From: an uncultured Porphyromonadaceae bacterium
Lineage (GTDB): Bacteria; Bacteroidota; Bacteroidia; Bacteroidales; Muribaculaceae
Assembly: GCA_902495075.1 (NCBI GenBank)
Contig: CABUVO010000018.1
Location: 13,228 to 77,227 of the forward strand
Length of the DNA: 64,000 bases
Reading direction: 5' to 3'
Within the stretch, counting starts at the first letter, position 1. The number at the start of each line of letters is the position of its first letter. A program made the position numbers and the translations under genes. Of the stretch, positions 38,111-47,898 are shown piece after piece. Below the pieces are notes generated by a model. That model did not search any database and had not been told where the DNA came from. It saw only the letters and a program-made list of their open reading frames with translations.

Positions 38111-39442
38111 ATGAAAAGAACAATTACTGCAGCAGCTGCGATGTTTTTAGTGTTCGCAGCAAACGCCGAAATCAAGACTGAGGTCTTTGAAAACTTTGAA
38201 GGCGAATCAATGGTGTTTGAACGTATGAACTACGAAGGCACAGGCGCCGAAATCATAGGTGTTGAGGAGAACCCCCAGAAAAGTGGAATCAACACTTCAG
38301 ACAAATGTCTCGCACTCACACTGACAACAGGTCATCAGTGGTGGCACAAACTCAACCTGATTCCTGCGGAGGGTGAAGCATTCGTTCCCCAATCCGATCA
38401 GCACGTATACCTACATTTCAAAATGATGCGCACACGCATTGTTGATGCCAGTGAAGTTCACATTTTTGAAAATGCCTCTGAAGAGGGTGGTCATGTTCAG
38501 ATGCAGTTTAACAACACGGGAGCTAACATCTGGGATGATTTCATCATTGATCTTACCGAATACTTCCAGACAGCGAAACAAATTGAGAAAATCCGCATTC
38601 AGCCGGCTCTTGCCTGGGGTGGTGTTGACTCTGAAATCAAATATTATGTTGATGACATTAAGCTACTCACAACTTCCTATCCTGATGGTGCAAAAGTCTA
38701 TGATGTAACCGACCTCGCCAATTATGAAGAGGGAACCACAGCTTCTGGTATCCTCAATGATCCTGTCCTTTCTGACGGCAACGCTACCGTAGCAGTCGTT
38801 GACAACCCAAAGAAAGAGGTAAACGAGACAGCAAAAGTGCTCAGCTATAACAAGCCTGCCGCCACAACATGGTGGTATGCATGCCAGCTTCCTGTGAAGA
38901 ATGGCCTTATAAAGGCTGAATATCCCAAAACTTACCTCCACGCAATGATGTACACCGGCGGTAGCAATGTCCGTATAATCGTAAAAGACCATATGGGTAA
39001 CAGCGTTCGCTCTGAGTATTCACCTTACGATGCTACAGCTTGGGAAGACTTCGTATTCGACATCTCCGAACTTAAAGGTGAGAGCATCTCTGCAATTGAA
39101 TTCCTATTCGGATTCAATGGAGAGGACAACTGGGATAACCCTGCCGGCACATTCTACGTTGACGAGCTTGTAATCAACGACTCTCTCGACATGCGTGAGA
39201 AAGTCGCATCAAGCGGTGTGGAAGGCATTGCAAACGACAGCGCCAATGTTTCTGTAGTTGCCAACGGCGGAAATATCACAGTAGCAGGCGAAGTTGCATC
39301 TGCAACAGTTTACAACGCAGCAGGCATGCAGGTTGCAGAGCTTAACGCTGCAGGCAGCGTTGTTCTCCCCGCCAATCTTTACATCGTAAAGGTAACAACA
39401 TCCAACGGCGAAACAGTCGTGAAGAAAGTTGTAAACTTCTAA
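38111..39442 (+). CDS. T9SS-secreted protein with two tandem CBM-like beta-sandwich repeats
   Basis: Internal duplication (VEENP..WW..YLH..WDDFIIDL..YYVDDI / VVDNP..WW..YLH..WEDFVFDI..FYVDEL); CTD VYNAAGMQV...LYIVKV...KKVV. Confidence 0.75.
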   Translation: MKRTITAAAAMFLVFAANAEIKTEVFENFEGESMVFERMNYEGTGAEIIGVEENPQKSGINTSDKCLALTLTTGHQWWHKLNLIPAEGEAFVPQSDQHVYLHFKMMRTRIVDASEVHIFENASEEGGHVQMQFNNTGANIWDDFIIDLTEYFQTAKQIEKIRIQPALAWGGVDSEIKYYVDDIKLLTTSYPDGAKVYDVTDLANYEEGTTASGILNDPVLSDGNATVAVVDNPKKEVNETAKVLSYNKPAATTWWYACQLPVKNGLIKAEYPKTYLHAMMYTGGSNVRIIVKDHMGNSVRSEYSPYDATAWEDFVFDISELKGESISAIEFLFGFNGEDNWDNPAGTFYVDELVINDSLDMREKVASSGVEGIANDSANVSVVANGGNITVAGEVASATVYNAAGMQVAELNAAGSVVLPANLYIVKVTTSNGETVVKKVVNF

Positions 39443-39498
39443 GATGCAAGGTGATCAAAAGGTAAAATAAAGATATAAAATTAGGTTAAATCTACAGT

Positions 39499-39538
39499 AT
39501 CCCTGCACCTGCGATTCATCGGAGTGCAGGGATTTTTA
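39499..39538 (+). terminator. Intrinsic terminator/attenuator before the second GH92
   Basis: ATCCCTGCAC...GTGCAGGGAT followed by TTTT. Confidence 0.65.
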
Positions 39539-39548
39539 TATACAAAAC

Positions 39549-42500
39549 ATGAACAAAAATATGAAACCAAAATTTCTGACAGCCATATTCGCAATCGCAT
39601 GCGGATTTGCAGCAAATGCAGGAACGCTATGGCAGATTGGCGAAGATAACGGCACGGGGGCAGACCTTGCGCTCGGTCCCTCCGGCTATAAAGAGTTTGT
39701 GTCTCATGATTTCGGCTTTGAAGACCGCTATTTCATCATCGGACACTCATCCGACAAGAATGATTTCCCCTATATTCTTCCCGGACCGGAAGACGAATGG
39801 GCAGGAACCTGCGTGAATTCCGGCTGGCGAACCCACGAAATCAATATTCTCTTTAACATCGCCAAACTTCCTAAAAAGGGGGAGTGCCGTCTCGTGCTCG
39901 ACCTTGTGGACGCACATCCCGTGCGCTCGTTGGTGAAAGTTACAGTTAACGATATCGACAAAAAATTTGATGTAAAAGGAGAGGCGGATGAATCAGCGGA
40001 AGGCAATCTCTCAAAAGCCAAAGAACAGAAACTAATATTTGAATTCCCGGTTTCTGCTCTCAAAAAAAACGGGAATATGGTGAAGCTTGCCGTGCTTGAA
40101 GGTAGCTGGATTTTATTCGACCAGGTTAAACTTGAAGTTCCGGATGAAGTAAAATTAGGCAAAAACAACTCCTCGGTATTTGTGCGCGAAGTTAAGAGTG
40201 CTGATTATGAGATTGACGAAGGGAGCAAGCGCTTCCAACCTTTGCTTGTGGATGTAGAGCATCTTGGCGGCAATCCACGACTTGAAGTGAGGCTTGACCG
40301 CAAGACTATATATACCGCTGCTGTTGATTCCGCACGCTATATATTCGAAGCTCCTATGCCGGCTGTCGACAAGAAAACAAACAGCCGATATGAGATACTT
40401 GCCGACAATGAAATTGTAGAAAGCGGCGTAGTGACCCGCTCTACTCAGCATCTACAGACTCCAGCAGACTATGTAGACACAAAAATAGGATCTGCACATT
40501 CGCGCTGGATGATAGCTCCGGGACCGTGGATGCCTTTCAGCATGGTGAAACTCAGTCCTGATAACCAAAATGCAGGATGGCAGGCAGGTTATCAACCTAC
40601 ATTTGAGACAATCGGGTGTTTCAGCCATATCCATGAATGGACAATGGGCGGTCTCGGGATTATGCCTACCAACGGACCCTTGATGATAAAACCCGGAGAC
40701 CAGTTCCGCCCCGATGAAGGCTATCGCTCGCGCATTGACAAACGCAGTGAAAAAGCACCCTTGGGAAGCTATTCAGTGAAGATGTCTGATACCGGAATTT
40801 TTGCAGAAACGACTGCTACCGAACGTTGCAGTTTCATGCGCTTCACCTTCCCGAAAGATAAAGACGGGCGAGTGATGGTAGATCTGCATATTCAGGCTGA
40901 ATATGATTATGTGATAAAAGATGTGACCGTAAAACAGGTTGGCGACCGCCGGCTTGAGGGTTCATGTCATCAATTTTCTGCCGGAGTGTGGAGCAATGAT
41001 GCCGATCAGGAATATACTCTGAATTTCGTGATGGAATTTGACGCTCCAATCAAAAATATAGGCGCGTGGAAAAACAATGATACGTTCAATGAATCCGGAT
41101 TCACGGGGAAAGACCTGACAGATGCCGGAATGTATGTCGAATTCGACACAAAGCGATATCCGACAGTGCAAGTGCGCACTGGTATCTCATTTGTAAGCAT
41201 TGCCAATGCTGCCGAGAATCTTAAGAAAGAGATCAGTGATCCTTTTGGATGGAGCTATGAATCCGTTGTGCAGAATCAGAAAAATGTTTGGAACAATATC
41301 TTCAACCGTGTCAAAGTCAGCGGCAGCGACAGATATGAGAAAGTACGCTTCTACACCAATATGTTCCGAGGATTGAGCCGCAATATGTTCAGCGATATCA
41401 ACGGAGAATGGATTTCAGCCGACGGAAAAGTGCAGAGATTTTCTAATCCCGAGCATGCAGCCTTAGGTTGCGATGCATTCTGGAACTCATTCTGGAATCT
41501 GAATATATTCTGGAATCTTGTAACTCCCGAATGGAGCTCCAAATGGGTCAATTCGCAACTCGCCATGTATGACGCCAACGGATGGCTCGCAAAAGGTCCG
41601 GCAGGTATGAAATATATTCCTGTAATGGTTGCCGAACATGAGATTCCTTTCATTGTGTCTGCCTGGCAAATGGGAATCAGGGATTTTGATGCCGAAAAAG
41701 CTTTTGAAGCTATGAAGAAGATGCAGACAACACCATCAAGAAAGGTTGAGGGAGGCTACGCCGGCAACCGCGACTTGATTCCATATATGCAATATCACTA
41801 TGTTCCAATCGAAAAGGGTCGTTTCTCCAATACTATGGAATATAGCTATGATGACTGGACTGTAGGGCAAATGGCGAAAGCATTGGGTAAATATAGCGAT
41901 TATAAGGTATTCAACGACCGCGGATATTGGTGGAAAAATGCGATAAATCCCCAAAACGGTTATGCCCACATGCGCGACACACTCGGCAATTTCGTTCCCG
42001 ACTTCGACCCATTCAAAAGCGGTGGCAACCATCACTACGTAGAAGGCAATTCCTGGCAGCTGACTTTCTTTGCGCCTCAGGATGTGCCAGAGCTTATCAA
42101 GAAAATCGGACATAAGAATTTTGTTGATCGCCTGGACTGGGGATTCCGCATGAGTGACCCACTGCGTTTCAACGCACCTAATGACCTATATTGGGATTAT
42201 CCTGTGGTTCAAGGCAACCAACAGTCGATGCATTTCGCATTCCTTTTCAACTGGGCAAAAAAACCTTGGCTCACACAGAAATGGAGTCGCGCAATCATGG
42301 ATAAATACTATGGCGCAGGAACTGCAAACGCCTATCTTGGCGATGAAGACCAGGGACAGATGAGTTCATGGTTCGTGATGGCGGCTCTCGGACTGTTCCA
42401 GACCGACGGAGGTTGCAACGTAAATCCGGTTTATGAAATCGCCAGTCCTCTCTTTGAGAAGGCTGTTATCGACCTTGGCGGCAAATATGGACGCGGAGAA

Positions 42501-42677
42501 ACATTTACAATAGAAGCCCGCAATACATCGCGCAAAAATAAATATGTTCAGTCGGCTGTGCTCAACGGGAAAGAGCTCAACAGCTTCAAGTTCCCCGCTT
42601 CAGAACTTTTACAGGGAGGTTCGCTGATTCTCGAAATGGGACCCGAACCCAACGAATCCTGGGGTATTACTGACTGA
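39549..42677 (+). CDS. GH92 alpha-mannosidase with ~300-aa N-terminal extension
   Basis: DYVDTKIG, PFSMVKLSPD, TMEYSYDD, YVEGNSWQ, GDEDQGQMSSW. Confidence 0.95.
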   Translation: MNKNMKPKFLTAIFAIACGFAANAGTLWQIGEDNGTGADLALGPSGYKEFVSHDFGFEDRYFIIGHSSDKNDFPYILPGPEDEWAGTCVNSGWRTHEINILFNIAKLPKKGECRLVLDLVDAHPVRSLVKVTVNDIDKKFDVKGEADESAEGNLSKAKEQKLIFEFPVSALKKNGNMVKLAVLEGSWILFDQVKLEVPDEVKLGKNNSSVFVREVKSADYEIDEGSKRFQPLLVDVEHLGGNPRLEVRLDRKTIYTAAVDSARYIFEAPMPAVDKKTNSRYEILADNEIVESGVVTRSTQHLQTPADYVDTKIGSAHSRWMIAPGPWMPFSMVKLSPDNQNAGWQAGYQPTFETIGCFSHIHEWTMGGLGIMPTNGPLMIKPGDQFRPDEGYRSRIDKRSEKAPLGSYSVKMSDTGIFAETTATERCSFMRFTFPKDKDGRVMVDLHIQAEYDYVIKDVTVKQVGDRRLEGSCHQFSAGVWSNDADQEYTLNFVMEFDAPIKNIGAWKNNDTFNESGFTGKDLTDAGMYVEFDTKRYPTVQVRTGISFVSIANAAENLKKEISDPFGWSYESVVQNQKNVWNNIFNRVKVSGSDRYEKVRFYTNMFRGLSRNMFSDINGEWISADGKVQRFSNPEHAALGCDAFWNSFWNLNIFWNLVTPEWSSKWVNSQLAMYDANGWLAKGPAGMKYIPVMVAEHEIPFIVSAWQMGIRDFDAEKAFEAMKKMQTTPSRKVEGGYAGNRDLIPYMQYHYVPIEKGRFSNTMEYSYDDWTVGQMAKALGKYSDYKVFNDRGYWWKNAINPQNGYAHMRDTLGNFVPDFDPFKSGGNHHYVEGNSWQLTFFAPQDVPELIKKIGHKNFVDRLDWGFRMSDPLRFNAPNDLYWDYPVVQGNQQSMHFAFLFNWAKKPWLTQKWSRAIMDKYYGAGTANAYLGDEDQGQMSSWFVMAALGLFQTDGGCNVNPVYEIASPLFEKAVIDLGGKYGRGETFTIEARNTSRKNKYVQSAVLNGKELNSFKFPASELLQGGSLILEMGPEPNESWGITD

Positions 42678-42695
42678 TTCTCATAAACTCATAAA

Positions 42696-42751
42696 CATAT
42701 CAAATAAAAATGCTGAACCGGAATGCGGCTCAGCATTTTTTATTTGATATG
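42696..42751. terminator. Bidirectional terminator between convergent GH92 and isomerase genes
   Basis: CATATCAAATAAAAATGCTGA...TCAGCATTTTTTATTTGATATG. Confidence 0.8.
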
Positions 42752-42769
42752 ATTTATTATCAGCCGGAT

Positions 42770-44533
42770 TTATTTCATGAAGGCCTTCACCATCATTATC
42801 TGTCGGTTGGATGTGTTAACTATCTTGTAGCTTTCTGCCGCGGCTGATATCACCAATGTCTCGGCATAAGAGATGTGAAATTGTTTACCTTCACGAGTGA
42901 TCACATCTGCGCTCTCACCCTCCACAAGATTGAGGACATGACATTTTCCTTCGGTTTTTACCTCCACTTCCGTGTCTATGGCATAACGATGCACATCATA
43001 AGAGTGTTGGGGATGTGTGGGAAGGTGCCACAATTCCCACACATCGCCTTTTTCAAGAAGCGCAGGCTTGCTGACATGCTCCTCATGCACTTTCTTACCC
43101 TTGCGGTCAAAACATAGGTTATCCATGGCGCGGGCAATGTTCAGAGGACGCGGCTTTCCATCAAGATCAAGCGACAACCAGTCATACATCTTAAACGTGA
43201 ATATATAGGGAGTTGTGCTTATCTCAAGCACCAAGTTATTGCGACCTGATGAATGGAGTGTGCCCGGCGGGATGAGGTAGAGTCCATGTTTCTCTGACGG
43301 CTCTGCATTGATATATTTGGAAACATCAAGCTCTGTGCCCTTCTCGAAACTCTCAGTAAGGGCTGCGCGGAATTTCTCAGGCTCGATATCTTCCTGAAAA
43401 CCGAGATATACGACAGATCCGGGGTTGGTATCAAGGATATAATATGTCTCTTCCTGTGTCAGCACCTCTCCAAAATTCTTACGGATATATTCCAATTGCG
43501 GATGGCACTGTATAGAAAGGTTGCCTCCGTCGAAATTGTCAAGATAATCCATACGGATAGGAAACTCGTCGCCGTATGCATCGTAACACTCATCACCAAC
43601 GACCTTACGTCCGTCCTTATACATCACGGTGTCAAACGAAACCTCGAGCATCTTGTTATCGCTGCCGAAGATAAGTCCGTTTTCCGGTACAATAAGTTCA
43701 AACGACCATGCATAGTTGGGAACATCGTTAGGCAACGCCGGGATATGATCTCTAATCCATTGACCACCCCATGCTCCCGGCTCAAACCAGGGACGCACAC
43801 GGAAACCGTTGGTTGCCATGGATTCGAGTCCTGCTCGGATATCATCGCCTGCAGCCCATGTGATTTCCTCTTCGCGCTGACCGTCTACCACGATGTCTAT
43901 CCGTGGAAGAAGGGCTTTCTTATGGCGATTGAGCACAACCCAATCGATAAAATAAAACCGCTTATACATTTTCTTCGGAGCATCAGGAGCGGTGGCACCA
44001 AGATTTGTAACAGCACCTGCTCGGGCACGGAACTGAATTTCATTCTTTGGTATGTCAATGTAGACCACCGGACCATCCCAACCTGCCAACGCTGCACCGA
44101 CACCTGTCAGTATGTTCATTTCAGCAGCGTCATCGGGTTTTATGCCACGTAATTTTTGCGTGTCGAAGAAATCTTCGAGATTCAGGGATGCACGGAATCC
44201 GAAAATAGGGTCATCGCCTCCGCGGAAGGGAGCAATCATCTCCTCTATCTCTGCTTCCGGCTTAAGTGCCGCTGAAGTGTTCCACCAAAGAGGCTTGATA
44301 CCGATTTTGCCGAAAGCTTCATTGAGATTGCGTGTGAAAATATCAAAACGCACTCCCTGGTAGCCATCGATAACGATGGTTTTGTTACCGGCAAGTTTTT
44401 GTGCCAGCGAATCGTAGTCACAATATATTTTCCCCGCTCCCAAATCATAAACCGGATAGGGATCATAACTGCCGGGCTGTTTAGTCTTTTCAACCGGCAG
44501 AAGGAATTGAGAAGTTTTTCTGAGTGATGACAT
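42770..44533 (-). CDS. Class I mannose-6-phosphate isomerase-like cupin with long N-terminal extension
   Basis: PGAWGG, NLSIQCHP, QEETYYI, IPPGTLHS, LEIS..Y...MYDW...RPLN motifs. Confidence 0.85.
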   Translation of the reverse strand: MSSLRKTSQFLLPVEKTKQPGSYDPYPVYDLGAGKIYCDYDSLAQKLAGNKTIVIDGYQGVRFDIFTRNLNEAFGKIGIKPLWWNTSAALKPEAEIEEMIAPFRGGDDPIFGFRASLNLEDFFDTQKLRGIKPDDAAEMNILTGVGAALAGWDGPVVYIDIPKNEIQFRARAGAVTNLGATAPDAPKKMYKRFYFIDWVVLNRHKKALLPRIDIVVDGQREEEITWAAGDDIRAGLESMATNGFRVRPWFEPGAWGGQWIRDHIPALPNDVPNYAWSFELIVPENGLIFGSDNKMLEVSFDTVMYKDGRKVVGDECYDAYGDEFPIRMDYLDNFDGGNLSIQCHPQLEYIRKNFGEVLTQEETYYILDTNPGSVVYLGFQEDIEPEKFRAALTESFEKGTELDVSKYINAEPSEKHGLYLIPPGTLHSSGRNNLVLEISTTPYIFTFKMYDWLSLDLDGKPRPLNIARAMDNLCFDRKGKKVHEEHVSKPALLEKGDVWELWHLPTHPQHSYDVHRYAIDTEVEVKTEGKCHVLNLVEGESADVITREGKQFHISYAETLVISAAAESYKIVNTSNRQIMMVKAFMK

Positions 44534-44571
44534 GAATTATATGTTATCTATTGTTATGTTGTTTATATTAA

Positions 44572-45474
44572 TTATTGCAGGAACAGAGATGCGGCTCCTA
44601 TCAGCGCTGCTTTGTCATGAAGTTCTGTGGTGCGTACACGGATACTACTGCCGGCAGCTGCAATCGCTCTTTCAAGTTCGGATCCGAAAAGTGGATATGC
44701 AAGGGCTATACTACCCCCTAACACAAGCGTCTTGCTATTGAAATCATTCAGCAAGGGAACAACAAATTTTGCGAGCCGACTGCCAAACTCTTCAAAAACG
44801 CGGACAGCTCTTGCATCTCCGGGGCATCTGTCGGCAATCTCTTTGCCTCCGGAAACTTTTTCTCCCGTAAGCTCTTCGAAACGACGACACAGCCAGCGTG
44901 TGGAAAATGAAGCATCCACTATGCTGTCTTCATAAGGCAGACAGTAAACCCAACCGTTTTCCGGGACTCCATCGCCATGCTCTATAAGTTTATGGTCACT
45001 GACAAATCCTGACCCGACACCAGTCCCAAGAGTAATCGCCACTGCGCGACTTACATCACGGGCTGCTCCTCCGAGACATTCGCCGAGAGCAAACGCCGAT
45101 GCATCATTAACATAGCGAAAATCTATGATTCCCTCTCCCCGCAAACGGGCTGAAAGAGTAGGGGTGAGATCTATTCCGAAGATAGATTCAAATTTCTCGA
45201 CACCTGAAATCTTGCAGATGCCATTGACATAATCAAACGGACCGGGAATAGCGAGCCCTGCACTGCTTATGGGCTTTCCCCATACCGAAGCTGTTGCCGA
45301 TAAATTAGACACCCATGCATCGATGATCTCCGAAGCCGTTCCGCGACTGTTGACCGGAGTGGATATCGGGTCGGTCACAAGACAGCCATCCTTCAAATCA
45401 ACCACTGCAGAGCTCAAATGAGACCCGCCTACATCTGCTCCGATAACATACCGATTGTTGATGAAATCTTTCAT
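44572..45474 (-). CDS. ROK-family sugar kinase
   Basis: IGADVGGS, AIPGPFD, VNDA, ITLGTGVGSG, LVLGGSI, AALIGAA. Confidence 0.92.
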   Translation of the reverse strand: MKDFINNRYVIGADVGGSHLSSAVVDLKDGCLVTDPISTPVNSRGTASEIIDAWVSNLSATASVWGKPISSAGLAIPGPFDYVNGICKISGVEKFESIFGIDLTPTLSARLRGEGIIDFRYVNDASAFALGECLGGAARDVSRAVAITLGTGVGSGFVSDHKLIEHGDGVPENGWVYCLPYEDSIVDASFSTRWLCRRFEELTGEKVSGGKEIADRCPGDARAVRVFEEFGSRLAKFVVPLLNDFNSKTLVLGGSIALAYPLFGSELERAIAAAGSSIRVRTTELHDKAALIGAASLFLQ

Positions 45475-45528
45475 GACGTATAAGGTTTTTACATTATATG
45501 ATACGATGATGTTATGAATATATGTTTA

Positions 45529-45661
45529 TTATGTTCATACATAATTTCGATGCAAAGATAGATAATATTTATGTATTTTCAAGTATTTAGATAAAATTTT
45601 TTTATTCAAAAGTTGTTTATTACTGAAATTTTACCTTATTTTGCGGTTGTTTGTATATACA
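45529..45661. promoter_or_regulatory. Divergent promoters with two HutC/GntR-type operators
   Basis: TTATGT-TCAT-ACATAA (45529-45544), minus-strand TATCTTTG (45560-45553), perfect palindrome TGTATATACA (45652-45661). Confidence 0.65.
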
Positions 45662-45674
45662 TTAAGAACATATC

Positions 45675-46406
45675 ATGAATTTAGAACTCGATCCCACATC
45701 ATCTGCTCCTCTGCATCAACAAGCTGAGGATTTGCTCCGCAGGCTTATCCGCGAGGATGAATATGCCAACGGCAAACGGCTACCCAACGAGGTGGAGCTT
45801 GCCAAGGAACTCAACATATCACGCAACACTCTGCGTCAGGCGATCAATAGGCTTGTTTACGAAGGATTACTTGTGAGAAAGAAAAGCTATGGCACGACTG
45901 TGGCTCCTCCGAAGGTTACGGGAAATGCCCGCAGCTGGATGAGTTTCTCTCAAGAAATGAAGGCAATGGGGATAGCCATAGAGAATTTTGAGTTGCACAT
46001 ATCCAAGAAAAAGGCAACTTCAGAAGTTTCAGATTTTTTCCATTGCGCACCGGGCACGCGGTTATTATGTCTCGAACGCCTGAGAGGACGTCAGGAACAG
46101 CCGTTTGTTTACTTCATCTCGTATTTCAACCCGGAAATCCCGATGTCGGGGAATGAAGATTTCAATGCACCTTTATATGAAATGCTGCGGATTAATTATC
46201 ACGTAGAAGTAAAGACTTCAAGAGAGATAATAAGCGCACAGGCAGCAGAGCCTTGGCTTGCCGAGAAACTCGGCGTGGAAGAGGGAGCTCCGTTATTGGT
46301 GCGCAAGCGATTTGTGTTTGACGTGAACGGCAATCCGGTAGAATACAACATCGGCTACTATCGCCCCGACTGTTTCAGCTATTCCATTGAATTTGTGAAT
46401 GAATGA
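45675..46406 (+). CDS. GntR/HutC-family regulator with UTRA domain
   Basis: RLPNEVELAKELNISRNTLRQA wHTH; SFSQEM...LERLR...PLLVRKR UTRA. Confidence 0.93.
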   Translation: MNLELDPTSSAPLHQQAEDLLRRLIREDEYANGKRLPNEVELAKELNISRNTLRQAINRLVYEGLLVRKKSYGTTVAPPKVTGNARSWMSFSQEMKAMGIAIENFELHISKKKATSEVSDFFHCAPGTRLLCLERLRGRQEQPFVYFISYFNPEIPMSGNEDFNAPLYEMLRINYHVEVKTSREIISAQAAEPWLAEKLGVEEGAPLLVRKRFVFDVNGNPVEYNIGYYRPDCFSYSIEFVNE

Positions 46407-47580
46407 TACTAAAATGAATGATATTAATATGAAACGCCATTCAAATATTTCTGTAATACTCCCAGTGCTGTTCGGCTTTTTCATCATGGGGTTTTGTGAT
46501 GTAGTTGGGATTGCCACAAGCTATGTGCAGCAGGATTTCCACCTGAATGAAACCATGGCAGGATTCATCCCGTCGGCTGTGTTCTTGTGGTTTCTTCTCC
46601 TTTCAATTCCAAGTGCGCTAATCATGAATAAAATAGGACGTAAGCGCATGGTGATAGCAAGCGATATTGTGACGGTGGCAGGTATGCTGATACCATTCTT
46701 AAGCTATAATCTCGTGACTTGTCTGACAGCGTTTCTTCTCTTGGGCGTTGGCAACACCATGCTTCAAGTATCGCTCAATCCGTTGCTGACAAACGTAGTA
46801 AAAGGGAAGGCACTCACAAGTTCACTCACAGCCGGGCAGGTTGTAAAAGCCCTGTCATCGTTTTGCGGACCATTCATCGCCGCTTTTGCCATCAATGTCT
46901 TCGGGGAATGGCAGTTAATGTTCCCCATATTCGCACTGATCACCCTGATTTCAATGCTATGGTTGCAGTTTACCCACATTGAAGAGGAACCGATGGAAAA
47001 AGGTTCTTCATTTGGCAAAACGCTCGCACTTCTCGGCAACCGTTCTATATTTTTCCTCTTTTTAGGAATCTTCTTTATTGTAGGTGCAGACGTAGGCATA
47101 AACACTGTCGGTCCGAAACTGCTCATCGAGCGATGCCAGCTGCCGGTGAGCCAGGCAGGCTATGCTTCAAGCCTGTATTTCGTGTTGCGCACCGTCGGCA
47201 CATTTGTTGGCACGATGCTCCTTGCCAAAATTTCAGAGATCATATATTTCCGTGTAAACATAGTGCTCGCTTTAATTGCAGTGGGGGTATTGTTTTTCAT
47301 GCAGTCCCTCACTGGTATACTTGTCGCAATAGGGTGCATCGGATTCTTCTGTTCGGGCATATTTTCCATCATATATTCGGTGGCTTTCAAACAGCATCCT
47401 GACAAGGAAAACGAAATATCAGGACTGATGATCATGGGAGTTTTCGGAGGAGCCGTTATCCCTCCGGTCATGGGTCTTATGGCAGATGCCATCGGAACCC
47501 AGATAGGCTCACTCCTGGTTATTACAGCCTGTATCTTCTATCTGACTGTCTGCGCATTCTCACTGAGACGCAGTCTGTAG
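46399..47580 (+). CDS. MFS sugar permease (FucP/GluP-like)
   Basis: About 12 hydrophobic segments; KIGRKR loop; LQVSLNPL; GGAVIPPVMG. Confidence 0.9.
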   Translation: MNDTKMNDINMKRHSNISVILPVLFGFFIMGFCDVVGIATSYVQQDFHLNETMAGFIPSAVFLWFLLLSIPSALIMNKIGRKRMVIASDIVTVAGMLIPFLSYNLVTCLTAFLLLGVGNTMLQVSLNPLLTNVVKGKALTSSLTAGQVVKALSSFCGPFIAAFAINVFGEWQLMFPIFALITLISMLWLQFTHIEEEPMEKGSSFGKTLALLGNRSIFFLFLGIFFIVGADVGINTVGPKLLIERCQLPVSQAGYASSLYFVLRTVGTFVGTMLLAKISEIIYFRVNIVLALIAVGVLFFMQSLTGILVAIGCIGFFCSGIFSIIYSVAFKQHPDKENEISGLMIMGVFGGAVIPPVMGLMADAIGTQIGSLLVITACIFYLTVCAFSLRRSL

Positions 47581-47600
47581 AGGTAATCAATCCTTCAAAG

Positions 47601-47772
47601 TACCGAACGGCATCCCACAAGAGAGGTGCGACCTGCCATTCGTCCAAAAGGCGTGGTTTCTCGCCCTTCAATAAAAGCGAAGGATTTATGCGTGAAAAGC
47701 ACCTTTGCCTTTGAGTTTGCGTGCAAGTAAACTATCTGCGATTCTCGGTCGATATGTCTCAATCTTAGGCAT
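47601..47772 (-). pseudogene. Remnant of an AAA_14/DUF4143-type ATPase
   Basis: MPKIETYRPRIADSLLARKLKGKGA, then in another frame INPSLLLKGEKPRLLDEWQVAPLLWDAVR (Walker B); Walker A segment and C-terminus missing. Confidence 0.8.
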
Positions 47773-47848
47773 ATTTAGATTCTTTATAGCGGTAAAGTTA
47801 CTAAATAAAATTGATAATTCGGTAGTTAGGCTGACTTTTGTTCGGTAA

Positions 47849-47887
47849 ATGTAGAAGAGCCGGCTACCCGAGAGGGTCACCGGCTCT
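47849..47887 (+). repeat. Conserved hairpin element copy 3; probable terminator of the pilus operon
   Basis: ATGTAGAAGAGCCGGCTACCC-GAGA-GGGTCACCGGCTCT, 11 nt from the stop at 47899. Confidence 0.85.
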
Positions 47888-47898
47888 GTTGTTCTAAC

